NCBI GenBank assembly: GCA_964388115.1
Contig: CAYLYK010000004.1
Coordinates: 150,975 to 214,974, forward strand
DNA length: 64,000 nucleotides
Source: an uncultured Hyphomicrobiales bacterium
Lineage (GTDB): Bacteria > Pseudomonadota > Alphaproteobacteria > Reyranellales > JAQSWP01
Reading direction: 5' to 3'
The position numbers and the translations under genes were made by a program. This document shows positions 1 to 9,342 of the stretch, piece by piece; the stretch's first letter is position 1; each line of letters begins with the position of its first letter. The notes below the pieces were generated by a model. The model had not been told where the DNA came from. It ran no database searches and was given only the letters and a program-made list of their open reading frames with translations.

Positions 1-408
1 TTCTGCCGCGCCAATGCCGGCCCTTCGCGCGACACGATCGACCGGATCATCGACATCATGCCGAGCGAAGGGCTGATCCGGCATCAATGGAACAAGCACG
101 GCGCCTGCTCGGGCCTGACATCGTCGCGCTATTTCGAGATCACCGAGCAGGCCTTCGGCGCCATCGTGCTGCCCGAGTTCTACCAGCGCCCGACCGGCAC
201 GCTCTCGCGCAGCGTGGCGCAGGTGAAAGCCGAACTCGCCGCCGCCAACCCGCGGCTGCCGCAAACCGCCATCTCCGTCACCTGCTCCGGCCAGTATTTG
301 CAGGAAGTCCGCATCTGCCTGGAGAAGTCGCTGCAGCCGCGCCCCTGCGCACCGGACGTGGCCCGCTCCAACTGCCGCGGCAACTTCATCGTGCGTCCGG
401 TGCGCTAA
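1..408 (+). CDS. RNase T2 family ribonuclease, 5-prime partial (open to window edge)
   Basis: Frame 1 is open from nt 1. 'HQWNKHGACSG' matches the second catalytic (KHGxC) motif of RNase T2/RNase I. Several Cys typical of the secreted family. Confidence 0.7.
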   Translation, partial: FCRANAGPSRDTIDRIIDIMPSEGLIRHQWNKHGACSGLTSSRYFEITEQAFGAIVLPEFYQRPTGTLSRSVAQVKAELAAANPRLPQTAISVTCSGQYLQEVRICLEKSLQPRPCAPDVARSNCRGNFIVRPVR

Positions 409-1607
409 GCGGCGGGCATCGGTCCCGTGTAGCGCGCCCTCGGGCGGATGAGCTGCGGCGTGGCGCTCTGCTCCAGATGATGCGCCACCCAGCCGGCGGC
501 GCGGCCCAGCAGGAACAACGCCAGCCCGCCATTGGCTGGCAGGCGCAGCACGCGCTCGATGGTGGCCAGCGCGAAATCGATATTGGGTTTGCGGTCGGTC
601 ATGGCTTCGGCGATCTCCGCCGTGCGCAGCGCCAGATCGAGCGCGGGATTGCCGGCGTAGTCGCGCTGCAGAAGCTCGAGCAGAAATTTCGCGCGCGGAT
701 CGCCCTCGGGATAGAGCCAGTGGCCGATGCCGGGCAGCCGTTCGCCACCCTGCAGCCTCGTGCGCAAGGTGCCGCGCAGATCGCCCGATTTTTCCAGCTC
801 GCCGAACAGCGTCACCATGCGCGGCGTCACGCCGCCATGGCGTGGCCCCTGCAGTGCCGCCAGCCCGGCCATGGTCGAGCCGTAGACGGTGGTGCCCGTC
901 GCCGCCACCACGCGCACGGCGAAGGCCGAGGCATTCAGCTCGTGATCGGCGCTCATCACCAGCGCCGCGCGAAGCACGTTCGCGGCTTTGGCATCGAGCT
1001 TCCAGCCTTGCGCCAGCACGCGATGCGCGGCCTGCGCCGAGACCGGCATGCCAGCGACGATGGCCGACAACAGGCGCACCACGCGCACGCCGCATTCCAC
1101 GATGCCGGCCCGGTCGAGATTCCAGGCGCGGTCGTCGAGGATCGCCGCATGCGGCAGCAGCGCCAGGCAGCGATCGAGCGGCGGCATGTCGGCAATGCCG
1201 GCCCAGGCGCGGCGCACGCGCCCGTCGCTGGGCGGCAGATTGTCGGCGGCAAAGGGAAGCTCATCGCAATCCCACAGCAGGCGCGCGACTTCTTCCAGGG
1301 TCGCGTTTGCCGCCAGATCGGCGGCGTTGCGGCCGCGATAGTAAAGTTTGTTGTCGGCGATCAGGGTCAGCGCCGATTCCAGTACCGGCGCTCCGAAATG
1401 CAGCGCGCCCGAGGCCACCGCTTCCGCTTTGCGCCCACGCGCCTTCCTGGCCTGCAGTGCTTTGACATCGGCCGCCGCGTAGAGCCGTGAGCGGCTGCCT
1501 TCGGGCGCTTCCGAGCGGATCAGCCCGCGGCTGACATAGGCGTACAGCGTCGGCAGCGAGACGCCCAAGGCCTTGGCGGCTTCGGAAGCGGACAGGTGAC
1601 GTTTCAT
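405..1607 (-). CDS. Helix-turn-helix domain fused to a citrate synthase-like domain (citrate synthase family protein)
   Basis: N-terminal 'LSASEAAKALGVSLPTLYAYVSRG' resembles an excisionase/MerR-type HTH. The remainder carries citrate synthase fold motifs 'SADHELNAS', 'GIGHWLYPEGDPRA', 'PNIDFAL', 'GRAAGWVAHHLEQ'. Confidence 0.8.
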   Translation of the reverse strand: MKRHLSASEAAKALGVSLPTLYAYVSRGLIRSEAPEGSRSRLYAAADVKALQARKARGRKAEAVASGALHFGAPVLESALTLIADNKLYYRGRNAADLAANATLEEVARLLWDCDELPFAADNLPPSDGRVRRAWAGIADMPPLDRCLALLPHAAILDDRAWNLDRAGIVECGVRVVRLLSAIVAGMPVSAQAAHRVLAQGWKLDAKAANVLRAALVMSADHELNASAFAVRVVAATGTTVYGSTMAGLAALQGPRHGGVTPRMVTLFGELEKSGDLRGTLRTRLQGGERLPGIGHWLYPEGDPRAKFLLELLQRDYAGNPALDLALRTAEIAEAMTDRKPNIDFALATIERVLRLPANGGLALFLLGRAAGWVAHHLEQSATPQLIRPRARYTGPMPAA

Positions 1608-1616
1608 CGACTTATA

Positions 1617-1633
1617 TTGATTAATTTAATCAA
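1617..1633. promoter_or_regulatory. Perfect 17-bp palindrome TTGATTAA-T-TTAATCAA in the AT-rich divergent promoter spacer (operator candidate)
   Basis: Read directly. 8-1-8 perfect inverted repeat, 10 nt from the ATG of the HTH-citrate-synthase-like gene. The spacer 1608-1693 is much more AT-rich than its surroundings. Confidence 0.4.
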
Positions 1634-1693
1634 CATTGACAACATATTTATACAGGACAACCTTACTGCCATGAAATCCGATGGAGGGAAGTC

Positions 1694-2782
1694 ATGAGCA
1701 AAAGCGGATTGGACGGCGTCATCGCCGCCGAAACCCGGCTCAGCCATGTGGATGGCGAAGCCGGCCGGTTGATCGTCGCCGGGCACGAATTGCCTGAGCT
1801 GGTGCGCGATTACGGCTTTGAAGGCACCACGGCGCTGCTGTGGGAAGGGCTGGCGCCGGAAGGTGGCGATCGCACGGCCGTATTGAAGGGGCTCGGCAAG
1901 GCCCGCCAGGAGGCTTTCGCCTACGTTCCTGCCCTGCTCTCGGTGTCGAAGGATCTGACGGTCGTCGAAGCGCTGCGCGTCGGCCTCGGCCTGCTGCCCG
2001 ACAGCGCGAAGACGCCGCATCATCTTCTGGCCACTGCCGCCCTGCCTACGTTCCTCGCCGCGCTGCTGCGCCAGAAATCGGGCAAACCTGCGATTGCTCC
2101 GGACGCCTCGCTGAACACCGCCGCCGACATGCTGCGCATGATGCGTGGCGAGCGCGCGCCGCAAGCGGAGGAGAAAGCGCTCGACGCCTATCTCACCACC
2201 ATCGCCGATCACGGCTTCAACGCCTCGACTTTCGCCGCCCGCGTCGTCGCCTCGACCCAGGCCGGGCTGATCTCCGCCGTGCTGGGCGGCCTGTGCGCGC
2301 TGAAAGGCCCGCTGCATGGCGGCGCGCCGGGGCCGGTGCTGGACATGCTCGACGAGATCGGCAGCAGCGCCAACATCCTGCCCTGGCTCGACCAGGCGGT
2401 GCGCGACGGCGAGCGGCTGATGGGCTTTGGCCATCGCATCTACAAGGTGCGCGATCCGCGCGCCGACGTTTTGAAGTCGGTGGTCGCAACGCTGAGCGGC
2501 CAGAACGGGCGCATGCATTTCGCCGCCGAAGTCGAGGCCGGCGCCATCGCCACGTTGCGCCGGCTGAAGCCGAACCAGCGGCTGGACACCAATGTCGAGT
2601 TCTATACGGCGCTGGTGCTGGAGGCGGTCGGCCTGCCGCGCGAGGCTTTCACGGCCGTTTTCGCCGTCGGCAGAGTGGCCGGCTGGTGCGCCCATATCCT
2701 CGAGCAGGAGCAGACCGGCCGCATTATCCGCCCGCAGTCGCGCTACATCGGACCGATGCCGTCGCATCCGGCAGCCGCCTAG
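1694..2782 (+). CDS. Citrate synthase / 2-methylcitrate synthase family protein
   Basis: 'IADHGFNAST', 'GFGHRIYKVRDPRA', 'GRVAGWCAHILEQ'. GGAGGG RBS just upstream of the ATG. The usual NVDFY motif reads NVEFY here. Confidence 0.85.
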   Translation: MSKSGLDGVIAAETRLSHVDGEAGRLIVAGHELPELVRDYGFEGTTALLWEGLAPEGGDRTAVLKGLGKARQEAFAYVPALLSVSKDLTVVEALRVGLGLLPDSAKTPHHLLATAALPTFLAALLRQKSGKPAIAPDASLNTAADMLRMMRGERAPQAEEKALDAYLTTIADHGFNASTFAARVVASTQAGLISAVLGGLCALKGPLHGGAPGPVLDMLDEIGSSANILPWLDQAVRDGERLMGFGHRIYKVRDPRADVLKSVVATLSGQNGRMHFAAEVEAGAIATLRRLKPNQRLDTNVEFYTALVLEAVGLPREAFTAVFAVGRVAGWCAHILEQEQTGRIIRPQSRYIGPMPSHPAAA

Positions 2783-2802
2783 GAGATTGTTTTATTTGGC
2801 AG

Positions 2803-2829
2803 ACGGGCGTCTTCGGACGCCCGTTTTCC
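2803..2829 (+). terminator. Rho-independent terminator candidate
   Basis: ACGGGCGTC-TTCG-GACGCCCGT followed by TTTCC, 20 nt after the stop codon. Confidence 0.6.
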
Positions 2830-2841
2830 ATTGGTGCGACC

Positions 2842-2866
2842 ATTGCACCATTTGATTTGGTGCAAT
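2842..2866. promoter_or_regulatory. Inverted repeat ATTGCACCA-N7-TGGTGCAAT (operator candidate) upstream of the LLM oxidoreductase gene
   Basis: Perfect 9-bp arms. A third related half-site TTGGTGCGA lies at 2830-2838. Confidence 0.4.
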
Positions 2867-2919
2867 CCTTCGAATTAACATCATCCTCCAAGAATCAATG
2901 ACCGGTCGTGGAGGAACAA

Positions 2920-3999
2920 ATGGAACGGATCGAACTGGGCTGGTTCATCCCGACGCACAACGACACCACGGCCTATGGCGACCCGTCCGCCGAAGTCCCC
3001 GCCTCGCTCGAGATGTTCGACCGCGTCACCCAGGCGGCCGAAGATGCCGGCTTCGAATACCTGCTGATCCCGGTCAACCAACATTGCTGGGAAGCCTGGA
3101 TGACCGGCGCCATCATGGCCGCGCGCACCAGGACCATCAAACCGCTGATCGCCGCCCGGCCGGGCTACATCAACCCGGTGCTGCTGGCCAAGATGATCTC
3201 GACCTTCGATCAGCTCACGGGCGGGCGCATCTGCATCAACCTGATCGCCGGCTTGAGCGACGAGCAGTCGGCGAACGAGGGTTTGAAGTTCTCGAAGGAA
3301 GACCGCTATCTGCTGATGGAAGAGGAAGTCAGCATCCTGAAGGCGCTGTGGACCGCCAAAGGCCCGATCGACTTCAAGGGCAAGTTCTACGATTTGAAGA
3401 ACGTCAGCATCACGCCGAAGATCTTCCAGAAGCCCTATCCCAAATTCTATCTCGGTGGCGGCTCGCGCGAGGCGTGGGAAATCTCCGCCAAGCATTCCAG
3501 CGTGCATTTGTTCTGGGGCGACCATCCCGATCGCATCCGCGATCAGATGGCGCAGATCCGCGAGATCGCCCGCAACTACGGGCGCGAAAAGGAAATCGGC
3601 TTCGGCATGCGCCTGCAGATCGTCTGCCGCGAAACCGAGAAGCAAGCCTGGGACGCAGCCGAGCGACTGGTCAGCAGCGCCACGCCCGAACTGCTGCAGC
3701 GGACCGCCACCCAGTACGGCACCTCGGCCGCCAACAAGCGCATGCAGGAGTTGGCCAAGACCGACAACAGCCTGATCATGCCGCATCTATGGACCGGCAT
3801 CACCAAGGTGCGCGCCGGCGCTGGCGTGGCGATCGTCGGCAATCCCGAGCAATGCGCCGCCACCTTGCAGAAATTCATCGATGTCGGCTGCCACTCCTTC
3901 TGCCTGTCGGGCTACCTGCACGACGAGGAGGCCGAGCGCTTCGGCCGCATGGTCCTGCCGCTGCTGCGGGCGCGCAATCCGGACCGGATCGCCGCCTGA
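2920..3999 (+). CDS. LLM-class (luciferase-like) flavin-dependent oxidoreductase/monooxygenase
   Basis: Overall luciferase-like monooxygenase pattern (SsuD/NtaA-like length and motifs). Start moved from GTG 2908 to ATG 2920, which follows GGAGGA. Confidence 0.8.
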   Translation: MERIELGWFIPTHNDTTAYGDPSAEVPASLEMFDRVTQAAEDAGFEYLLIPVNQHCWEAWMTGAIMAARTRTIKPLIAARPGYINPVLLAKMISTFDQLTGGRICINLIAGLSDEQSANEGLKFSKEDRYLLMEEEVSILKALWTAKGPIDFKGKFYDLKNVSITPKIFQKPYPKFYLGGGSREAWEISAKHSSVHLFWGDHPDRIRDQMAQIREIARNYGREKEIGFGMRLQIVCRETEKQAWDAAERLVSSATPELLQRTATQYGTSAANKRMQELAKTDNSLIMPHLWTGITKVRAGAGVAIVGNPEQCAATLQKFIDVGCHSFCLSGYLHDEEAERFGRMVLPLLRARNPDRIAA

Positions 4000-4118
4000 A
4001 AGCACAGGAAAAGCAAGGTACTAGCCCGATAGCTTGACTTCCGGGCGTTTGCCGCTATGGTGCGCGCCTCTTAGGGATTTACCCCGGTTTTCCGCCGGGT
4101 TTTGCAGGGATTTCCGCC

Positions 4119-4286
4119 ATGGCGAAGCCGACCACGGTGCTCATCAAAATGGTGTCGTCCGCCGACACCGGGTACTTCTACGTCACCAAGAAGAACCCGC
4201 GCACCAAGACCGAAAAGATGGAACTGAAGAAGTACGACCCGCGCGCGCGCAAGCACGTCGTCTTCAAGGAATCCAAGATCAAGTAA
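4119..4286 (+). CDS. rpmG: 50S ribosomal protein L33
   Basis: 55-aa ORF '[55 protein letters not shown]', a typical L33 sequence. Below the ORF-track size cut-off. Confidence 0.9.
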   Translation: MAKPTTVLIKMVSSADTGYFYVTKKNPRTKTEKMELKKYDPRARKHVVFKESKIK

Positions 4287-4310
4287 AGCGAGCCTCTCCT
4301 CGCCGAAAGA

Positions 4311-4334
4311 GCCGCCTCCGGGCGGCTTTTTTGT
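4311..4334 (+). terminator. Rho-independent terminator of rpmG
   Basis: GCCGCC-TCCG-GGCGGC followed by TTTTTT. Confidence 0.7.
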
Positions 4335-4414
4335 TGGCTGCATCCATAGATGCGAGGCGCTTCCCAACCCATTCGGAACTTGACGGCTTCGGCCATCGGA
4401 TTTTCCATCGAAAG

Positions 4415-4867
4415 ATGGAAAAGGTTCTGTGCGTCTGCGTTGGCAACATAAGCCGCAGCCCGATGATGCAGGCGGTGCTTCAGGAGCACCTTGGACCCGG
4501 CTACCTGGTCGAAAGCGCGGGCTTGAGTCAGGATTTGGCAGGTCGTCCCGCCAATCACCGCTCCGTTGCATGCATGAAGGAGCGCGGTGTCGATTTGAGT
4601 AGCCATACCAGCCGCTGGATCGGGGGCCTGGATCTCGACCAATACCGCTGGATCGTTTGTGTCGGCCTCGATGAGGCAGACAAGGTCCGTTCTGCGTTAC
4701 GTACAGGCTCGGCGAGCGTCCTGATCGCCAACGAGCATCAAGGCGGCATTCCCGATCCTTACGAACTTGGCCTAGAGGGATATCAGGACTGTCTGGCTCT
4801 GCTGGATCAAGCGATGCCGCCCATAGCGCGGCACATTCTCGAAGCCAATTCGCCCAGTTCAAACTGA
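4415..4867 (+). CDS. Low-molecular-weight protein tyrosine phosphatase / arsenate-reductase-fold protein
   Basis: 'CVCVGNISRSP' is the CX5R(S/T) P-loop and 'IPDPY' is the DP general-acid motif. The track ORF from 4034 overlaps rpmG out of frame, so it is trimmed to ATG 4415. Locally lower GC. Confidence 0.75.
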   Translation: MEKVLCVCVGNISRSPMMQAVLQEHLGPGYLVESAGLSQDLAGRPANHRSVACMKERGVDLSSHTSRWIGGLDLDQYRWIVCVGLDEADKVRSALRTGSASVLIANEHQGGIPDPYELGLEGYQDCLALLDQAMPPIARHILEANSPSSN

Positions 4868-4918
4868 GGAATCGGAAGGCTCGCATGTCGGGCCCATTCA
4901 ACAGGCCGGGAACGTCGA

Positions 4919-5719
4919 TCACTTCGTCGCCAGTTCGACCACCGCCGCCTCCACTTGCGGTGCCCTGAAAGCGGCGTTGTGGTTGGCGCCGGCGATGGGC
5001 TCGAAGCGGGCCGTCACGCCCCTCTCCGTCAGCCTCCGCACGTAGTCCTGCGCCAGGCTGGGATAGGTGTTGTCGTCGGCGCTGCCCGTGAGAGCGACGA
5101 CCTTTGTGGTCGGCGGCACCTTGTCGGCCCAACGATGCGGCGATTCGCTGGCCGTCCAGGGCCGCCGGTTGGTGGCGTTGCGCCAATCGTCGATATGGCA
5201 GGGACAGGCGACCAGAACGGCGCCGTCGGCGAGGCCGGGATGGCGACCGATGATGATCGCCGAGGTTGCCGCGCCGCCCGAATGCCCCAGCAGCACGACA
5301 CGTTGGGGCTTGTAGGCCTGCTTCAGTTTGGCGACGACGCCGGCCACTTCGTCGATGTTGCGCGCGGTGTAATGGTCGCTGCGATTGTTATGGCTGCCGC
5401 CGGACGTGTTGCCGGCGCCGTCCTCGTAACCGGGCCGCACCATGGCGACGGCAACGGCGGATGCCAGCTCGGGCCGTTTCACCAGTTGCTCGGCGCTGGC
5501 GAAATGATAGGTCGCCGGACCACCGCTCGAAACGTCGCCATGGATCACGACAACCAAAGTCTTCGGCGCTGTGCCGGCCTGCGCGCCCTTATAGGTGCGC
5601 AACACCAGGCATTCGCTCTTGCCGGTCAGCGCGGTTTCCAGCGCCTCGCTGGCGCAGGGCGCACCTTGCGCGATCGTCGGCAAAACCAGCATCGCCAGGG
5701 CGCAAATCACAGCTCGCAT
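4919..5719 (-). CDS. Secreted alpha/beta hydrolase (esterase/dienelactone-hydrolase-like)
   Basis: Signal peptide 'MRAVICALAMLVLPTIAQG'. Nucleophile elbow 'GHSGGA'. Confidence 0.7.
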   Translation of the reverse strand: MRAVICALAMLVLPTIAQGAPCASEALETALTGKSECLVLRTYKGAQAGTAPKTLVVVIHGDVSSGGPATYHFASAEQLVKRPELASAVAVAMVRPGYEDGAGNTSGGSHNNRSDHYTARNIDEVAGVVAKLKQAYKPQRVVLLGHSGGAATSAIIIGRHPGLADGAVLVACPCHIDDWRNATNRRPWTASESPHRWADKVPPTTKVVALTGSADDNTYPSLAQDYVRRLTERGVTARFEPIAGANHNAAFRAPQVEAAVVELATK

Positions 5720-5861
5720 TAATGCGTTCTCCCCCGGTTTTGTGCGGCCATTCTGCCGTGCAATCCGGCCCCTGTCTGCCGCCTTGCCGGGGCCGGCTTG
5801 AGGTTCTATCGTCCGGCCCTGAATTCCCGTTTACGCATTTGGAACATCTCAGGAGGAACGC

Positions 5862-7361
<1,500 letters not shown>

Positions 7362-7385
7362 CCGTCGGAAGTTCGAATTTGCGGA

Positions 7386-7416
7386 GGGCGCAGCGAGAGC
7401 TGCGCCCTTTTCGTTT
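7386..7416 (+). terminator. Rho-independent terminator candidate
   Basis: GGGCGCAGC-GAGA-GCTGCGCCC followed by TTTTCGTTT. Confidence 0.65.
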
Positions 7417-7613
7417 CGGAGGTGCTACAGTAGCCCTGTTGTGCGTCATTGCAGTACCCGTGCGTTGATCTTGGACAGAGCAGCAATCCAGCAATGCGTG
7501 AGCGCGACAAACTTCCCCAAGGCCATACGGCAACCGCGTGCTAGAGGTTGCGCCGTTATTTTCCCGAAGTTTGGATTCGCTGCACGGCAAAATGCGGCCA
7601 CTGTGGGTTATGA

Positions 7614-9098
7614 ATGATGGGTACGAAAGAGGCCCCGGTACGATCTGCGAAGTTGGCCGCCCCGCATAAGCGCGCGAGCCCGTCGGGCGCCGATTCCCGT
7701 AAGCGTTCCCTCAAACCCACGGGACCGGTGCTGCCGCCATCCATCGGCGAACGCGCGATCGCCCTGACCATGGCGACGCGCCCGCGCGATGCGCTGATTC
7801 GCAACTGGGAACTGGCGCTGGCGCTTGAGATCAAGCCGGCGCTGGACACGAAAAAACTGTCTTCCGCATTTCGCAGCGTCTTGAATCTGCACAAGCGGCT
7901 GCGCAGCGTCTATTTCGTGCGCGACGACGACGTGACGGTCCGCACATTGCCGGTGGAAGCGTTCGATCTGGAAGTGGTCGATGCCACCAGCCTGTCCGCC
8001 GCCGCCCTCACGGAAGAGCTGCACACGCGGGTGGACAAGCCGTGGAACATGTCCGTCGGCCCGCAAATCACGTTGACCGCCTTCCAACGGCCGAAAGACC
8101 GCATGGTCCTGCTGCTGCGCATCAACCATCTGCTGGTGGATGGCTGGTCGATCGAACTGCTGTTGCGCGATTTGCTGATGTTCTATGTCGGCCTGCCGGT
8201 GGAAACCGGCGCGGTCGCCAGCTACGAGCAATACATCGCCTGGGAAACCGCTTTCGTGCAGTCCCCTGCCGGCCGCGCGCAACGCGAATTCTGGCGGCGC
8301 AAGCTGGCGCGGCTCGGACCGCGCCTGAAGCTGCCCTACGACCGGCCGCCGACCTCGCCCTTCGTGCAGAATTCGGCCAATGCGCCTTTCGCCTTCGACC
8401 GCGCCGAGACCACGACCATTCGCGAGTTCTCCGGCAAGAGCGGCGTCAGCGTCTATGCCTTCATGCTGGCGACCTACCAGATCCTGCTGACGCATCTGTC
8501 CGGCGAAACCGACCTGACCGCGCTTGTCACCACCGCCCACCGCACGCATGCCGACTTCGCCGGCACGGTCGGCCTTGTCTCCAACCTAATCGCGTTCAGG
8601 AACCCGGTGGTCGGCTCGGGCACGTTCCGCCAGCAGCTCGCGCGCGCCGGCCGCACCATCGTCGAGGCGCTGTCGAACCAGGATTGCCCGATCCGCATCG
8701 TCGCCGAAGACCTGGCGGCGAACCAGCTCGCCCTTGCCACCACCTTCGGCACGCCCGACTCCGCCTTCGACCAGATCGGCCTCTACATGCTGACGCCGAA
8801 CCAGTCCGGCCTGCCCGACGCCGGCTTGCGCTCGCTGTTCGAGCCCGACCGCAAATTCAAGATGGGCCCGTTCGAACTGCGGACCCTTGAGCTGCCGCGC
8901 AACGACGCAACGCGCGAGTTGACGTTGTTCTTCAACGAGGTCGGCGACCGGCTTCTGGCCTTCTTCGCCTACAACGCCGATATTTTCAACGAGTCGACGG
9001 TCATTGGCTTCATCGACAAGTTCCGCGCCATCGCCCGGCTCGGGCTGGAACGGCCCGATCGCTCGGTCGACGACATAATGGCGGCGTTGAAGGTCTAG
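7614..9098 (+). CDS. Stand-alone NRPS-type condensation (C) domain protein, paralogue 1
   Basis: 'INHLLVDGWS' is a variant of the C3 core motif HHxxxDGWS. About 440 aa collinear with the downstream paralogue. Lys/Arg-rich N-terminal ~45 aa, so the exact start is uncertain. Confidence 0.78.
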   Translation: MMGTKEAPVRSAKLAAPHKRASPSGADSRKRSLKPTGPVLPPSIGERAIALTMATRPRDALIRNWELALALEIKPALDTKKLSSAFRSVLNLHKRLRSVYFVRDDDVTVRTLPVEAFDLEVVDATSLSAAALTEELHTRVDKPWNMSVGPQITLTAFQRPKDRMVLLLRINHLLVDGWSIELLLRDLLMFYVGLPVETGAVASYEQYIAWETAFVQSPAGRAQREFWRRKLARLGPRLKLPYDRPPTSPFVQNSANAPFAFDRAETTTIREFSGKSGVSVYAFMLATYQILLTHLSGETDLTALVTTAHRTHADFAGTVGLVSNLIAFRNPVVGSGTFRQQLARAGRTIVEALSNQDCPIRIVAEDLAANQLALATTFGTPDSAFDQIGLYMLTPNQSGLPDAGLRSLFEPDRKFKMGPFELRTLELPRNDATRELTLFFNEVGDRLLAFFAYNADIFNESTVIGFIDKFRAIARLGLERPDRSVDDIMAALKV

Positions 9099-9342
9099 GC
9101 TCAAGCCGACCGACGCCGCCCCGCGATCTGGCATCGACCCCGACAGGTCGCTGAACCTGAGCAGTCACGGTTTGACGGGACCGCTGGCGTTTTCGTCAAA
9201 CACCGCGCTGCTTCTCCAGGCATCCATAGGCAGAGCGAATTGACAAGACCGGGGCGGAAGCATGCACGCTTCCACCTGATCGTGATCCGCTCTAAGCTGC
9301 GAAAACTTCCATTCAGAGAAGCGCGAGTGACTGTGGTGGTCG

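Noticed and set aside
87-2767. Long alternative-frame or antisense ORFs 87-1490 (+), 842-1465 (+) and 1604-2767 (-)
   Set aside because: They overlap the two citrate-synthase-like genes, which carry diagnostic motifs. The alternatives have no motifs and are Arg/Ala/Gly-rich.
7362-7613. tRNA or small RNA in the lower-GC spacer (contains GTTCGAAT at ~7371), plus minus-strand ORFs 7333-7590 and 7556-7894
   Set aside because: No cloverleaf can be drawn around the T-loop-like string. It sits just upstream of a terminator hairpin. The ORFs lack an RBS, have no motifs, and overlap the terminator and the C-domain gene start.
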